From Podarcis gaigeae (Eukaryota), in NCBI GenBank assembly GCA_964106915.2, contig OZ066924.1: a stretch of DNA of 64,000 nucleotides; one strand, written 5' to 3'. The notes below the pieces were generated by a model. That model saw only the letters and a list, made by a program, of their open reading frames with translations. It did not search any database and had not been told where the DNA came from. Below, in pieces: positions 63,107 to 64,000 of this stretch (position 1 is the stretch's first letter; each line of letters starts with the position of its first letter). Both the position numbers and the translations under genes were made by a program.

Positions 63107-64000
63107 GGTTCCTCTTTCCTCAGGCTTCCTCGGTCCCTACTGCCTCTTTAGTCTTCCTGTGACTTGTCCATTCCCCAATGGACCATTTCCTCTGGAATTT
63201 ACTTTGATCTATATAATGCTGTGAATGGTTGATCCACACTGCATGGTTCCCTGTTCTCTAATAGCTTCCTCAGCAAAACTCGGAATTCCAAAGGTACTGC
63301 TGCCTGGTCCTGATAAATTTTATTAATCTCTTTATTTAATTTACATCCCACCCTTCCTCTGAAAGGAGCCCATGACAGCCCCCCAAAGACTGTTCCACTA
63401 AAGGAAATATATTTATATGCTGACCAGTTCTAACATTAGTGGAACCTTGCCTAATGAGCATAGTAGGACTTACTTCTGAGTAAACATGCATAGGAAGGTG
63501 ATTGCAATGTATTGTATGTATAAAGCACCTTTTCTTCTGCAAGGCAAGGCACATGTGTATTTATGTGTCTATGTACACACACACACACACCCCAATGGTA
63601 AAAAGTCAGCATTTGTAAAACCAATAAATAGATTAAAATTAACCACCAGATTTTTTAAAAAGCAACAGTATACATTTACATTTTTTAATTAAATTTGTGT
63701 AAATCTCAATTTAAAATACATTATAAAAAGTACAGGAAAGCTAAAGAAAGGCACATACAATTAAAACACAGATTTTTTGAAAAAGCATGATCTTGGTTTC
63801 AAAATGCAAATTTGTTTCACATATCCGTACATGTAAATGAAGTCAGCAGTTTAATGCATTTGAACAAAAGGCTTGTTCTTGTTCACCCCATCTGGCAGGT
63901 ACACAGATACTTTCTGCACTAGCAGAAGATGGCCGAGGACAGGGAATGATGAAGCGAGAAGTGCTGATAGGGAAATTTTCTCTGAAGTTGCCTGACTTAA

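Noticed and set aside
63540-64000. 3'UTR or exon of another gene at the window end
   Set aside because: AT-rich with an acceptor-like site, but no supportable frame or donor within the window
28153-64000. PDE4D coding exons
   Set aside because: None recognised; the first coding exon should lie far downstream of this window

Overview
Vertebrate genomic DNA, almost certainly a squamate and most likely a lacertid lizard (inferred from Sauria SINEs, BovB, tRNA/CR1-tail SINEs and abundant hAT and Tc1/mariner MITEs). Host genes are on the + strand. The last two coding exons of DEPDC1B lie at 2274-2459 and 5648-5809; the final exon is missing from the ORF track. A conserved non-coding first exon and promoter matching the PDE4D7-type 5' end of PDE4D lies at ~27990-28152, so the rest of the window is probably PDE4D intron 1. 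This matches the DEPDC1B->PDE4D gene order known in mammals. Most other sequence is transposable elements: a young 5'-truncated L1 with an unbroken 525-codon frame, L2, CR1 and BovB fragments, SINEs, many MITEs with clear TIRs and TSDs (one hAT nested in another), and several solo LTRs. The most unusual signal is five LTR-like elements, mostly with little DNA similarity. Each keeps, on its sense strand, remnants of the same small-protein architecture: acidic/Trp-rich N-terminus, then an SPRxRR-type segment, then an RRSxRL-type motif. This suggests an LTR-encoded chromatin-binding or transactivator-like peptide. Gene and family names come from recalled sequences, not database searches. Nearly all ORF-track entries are spurious.
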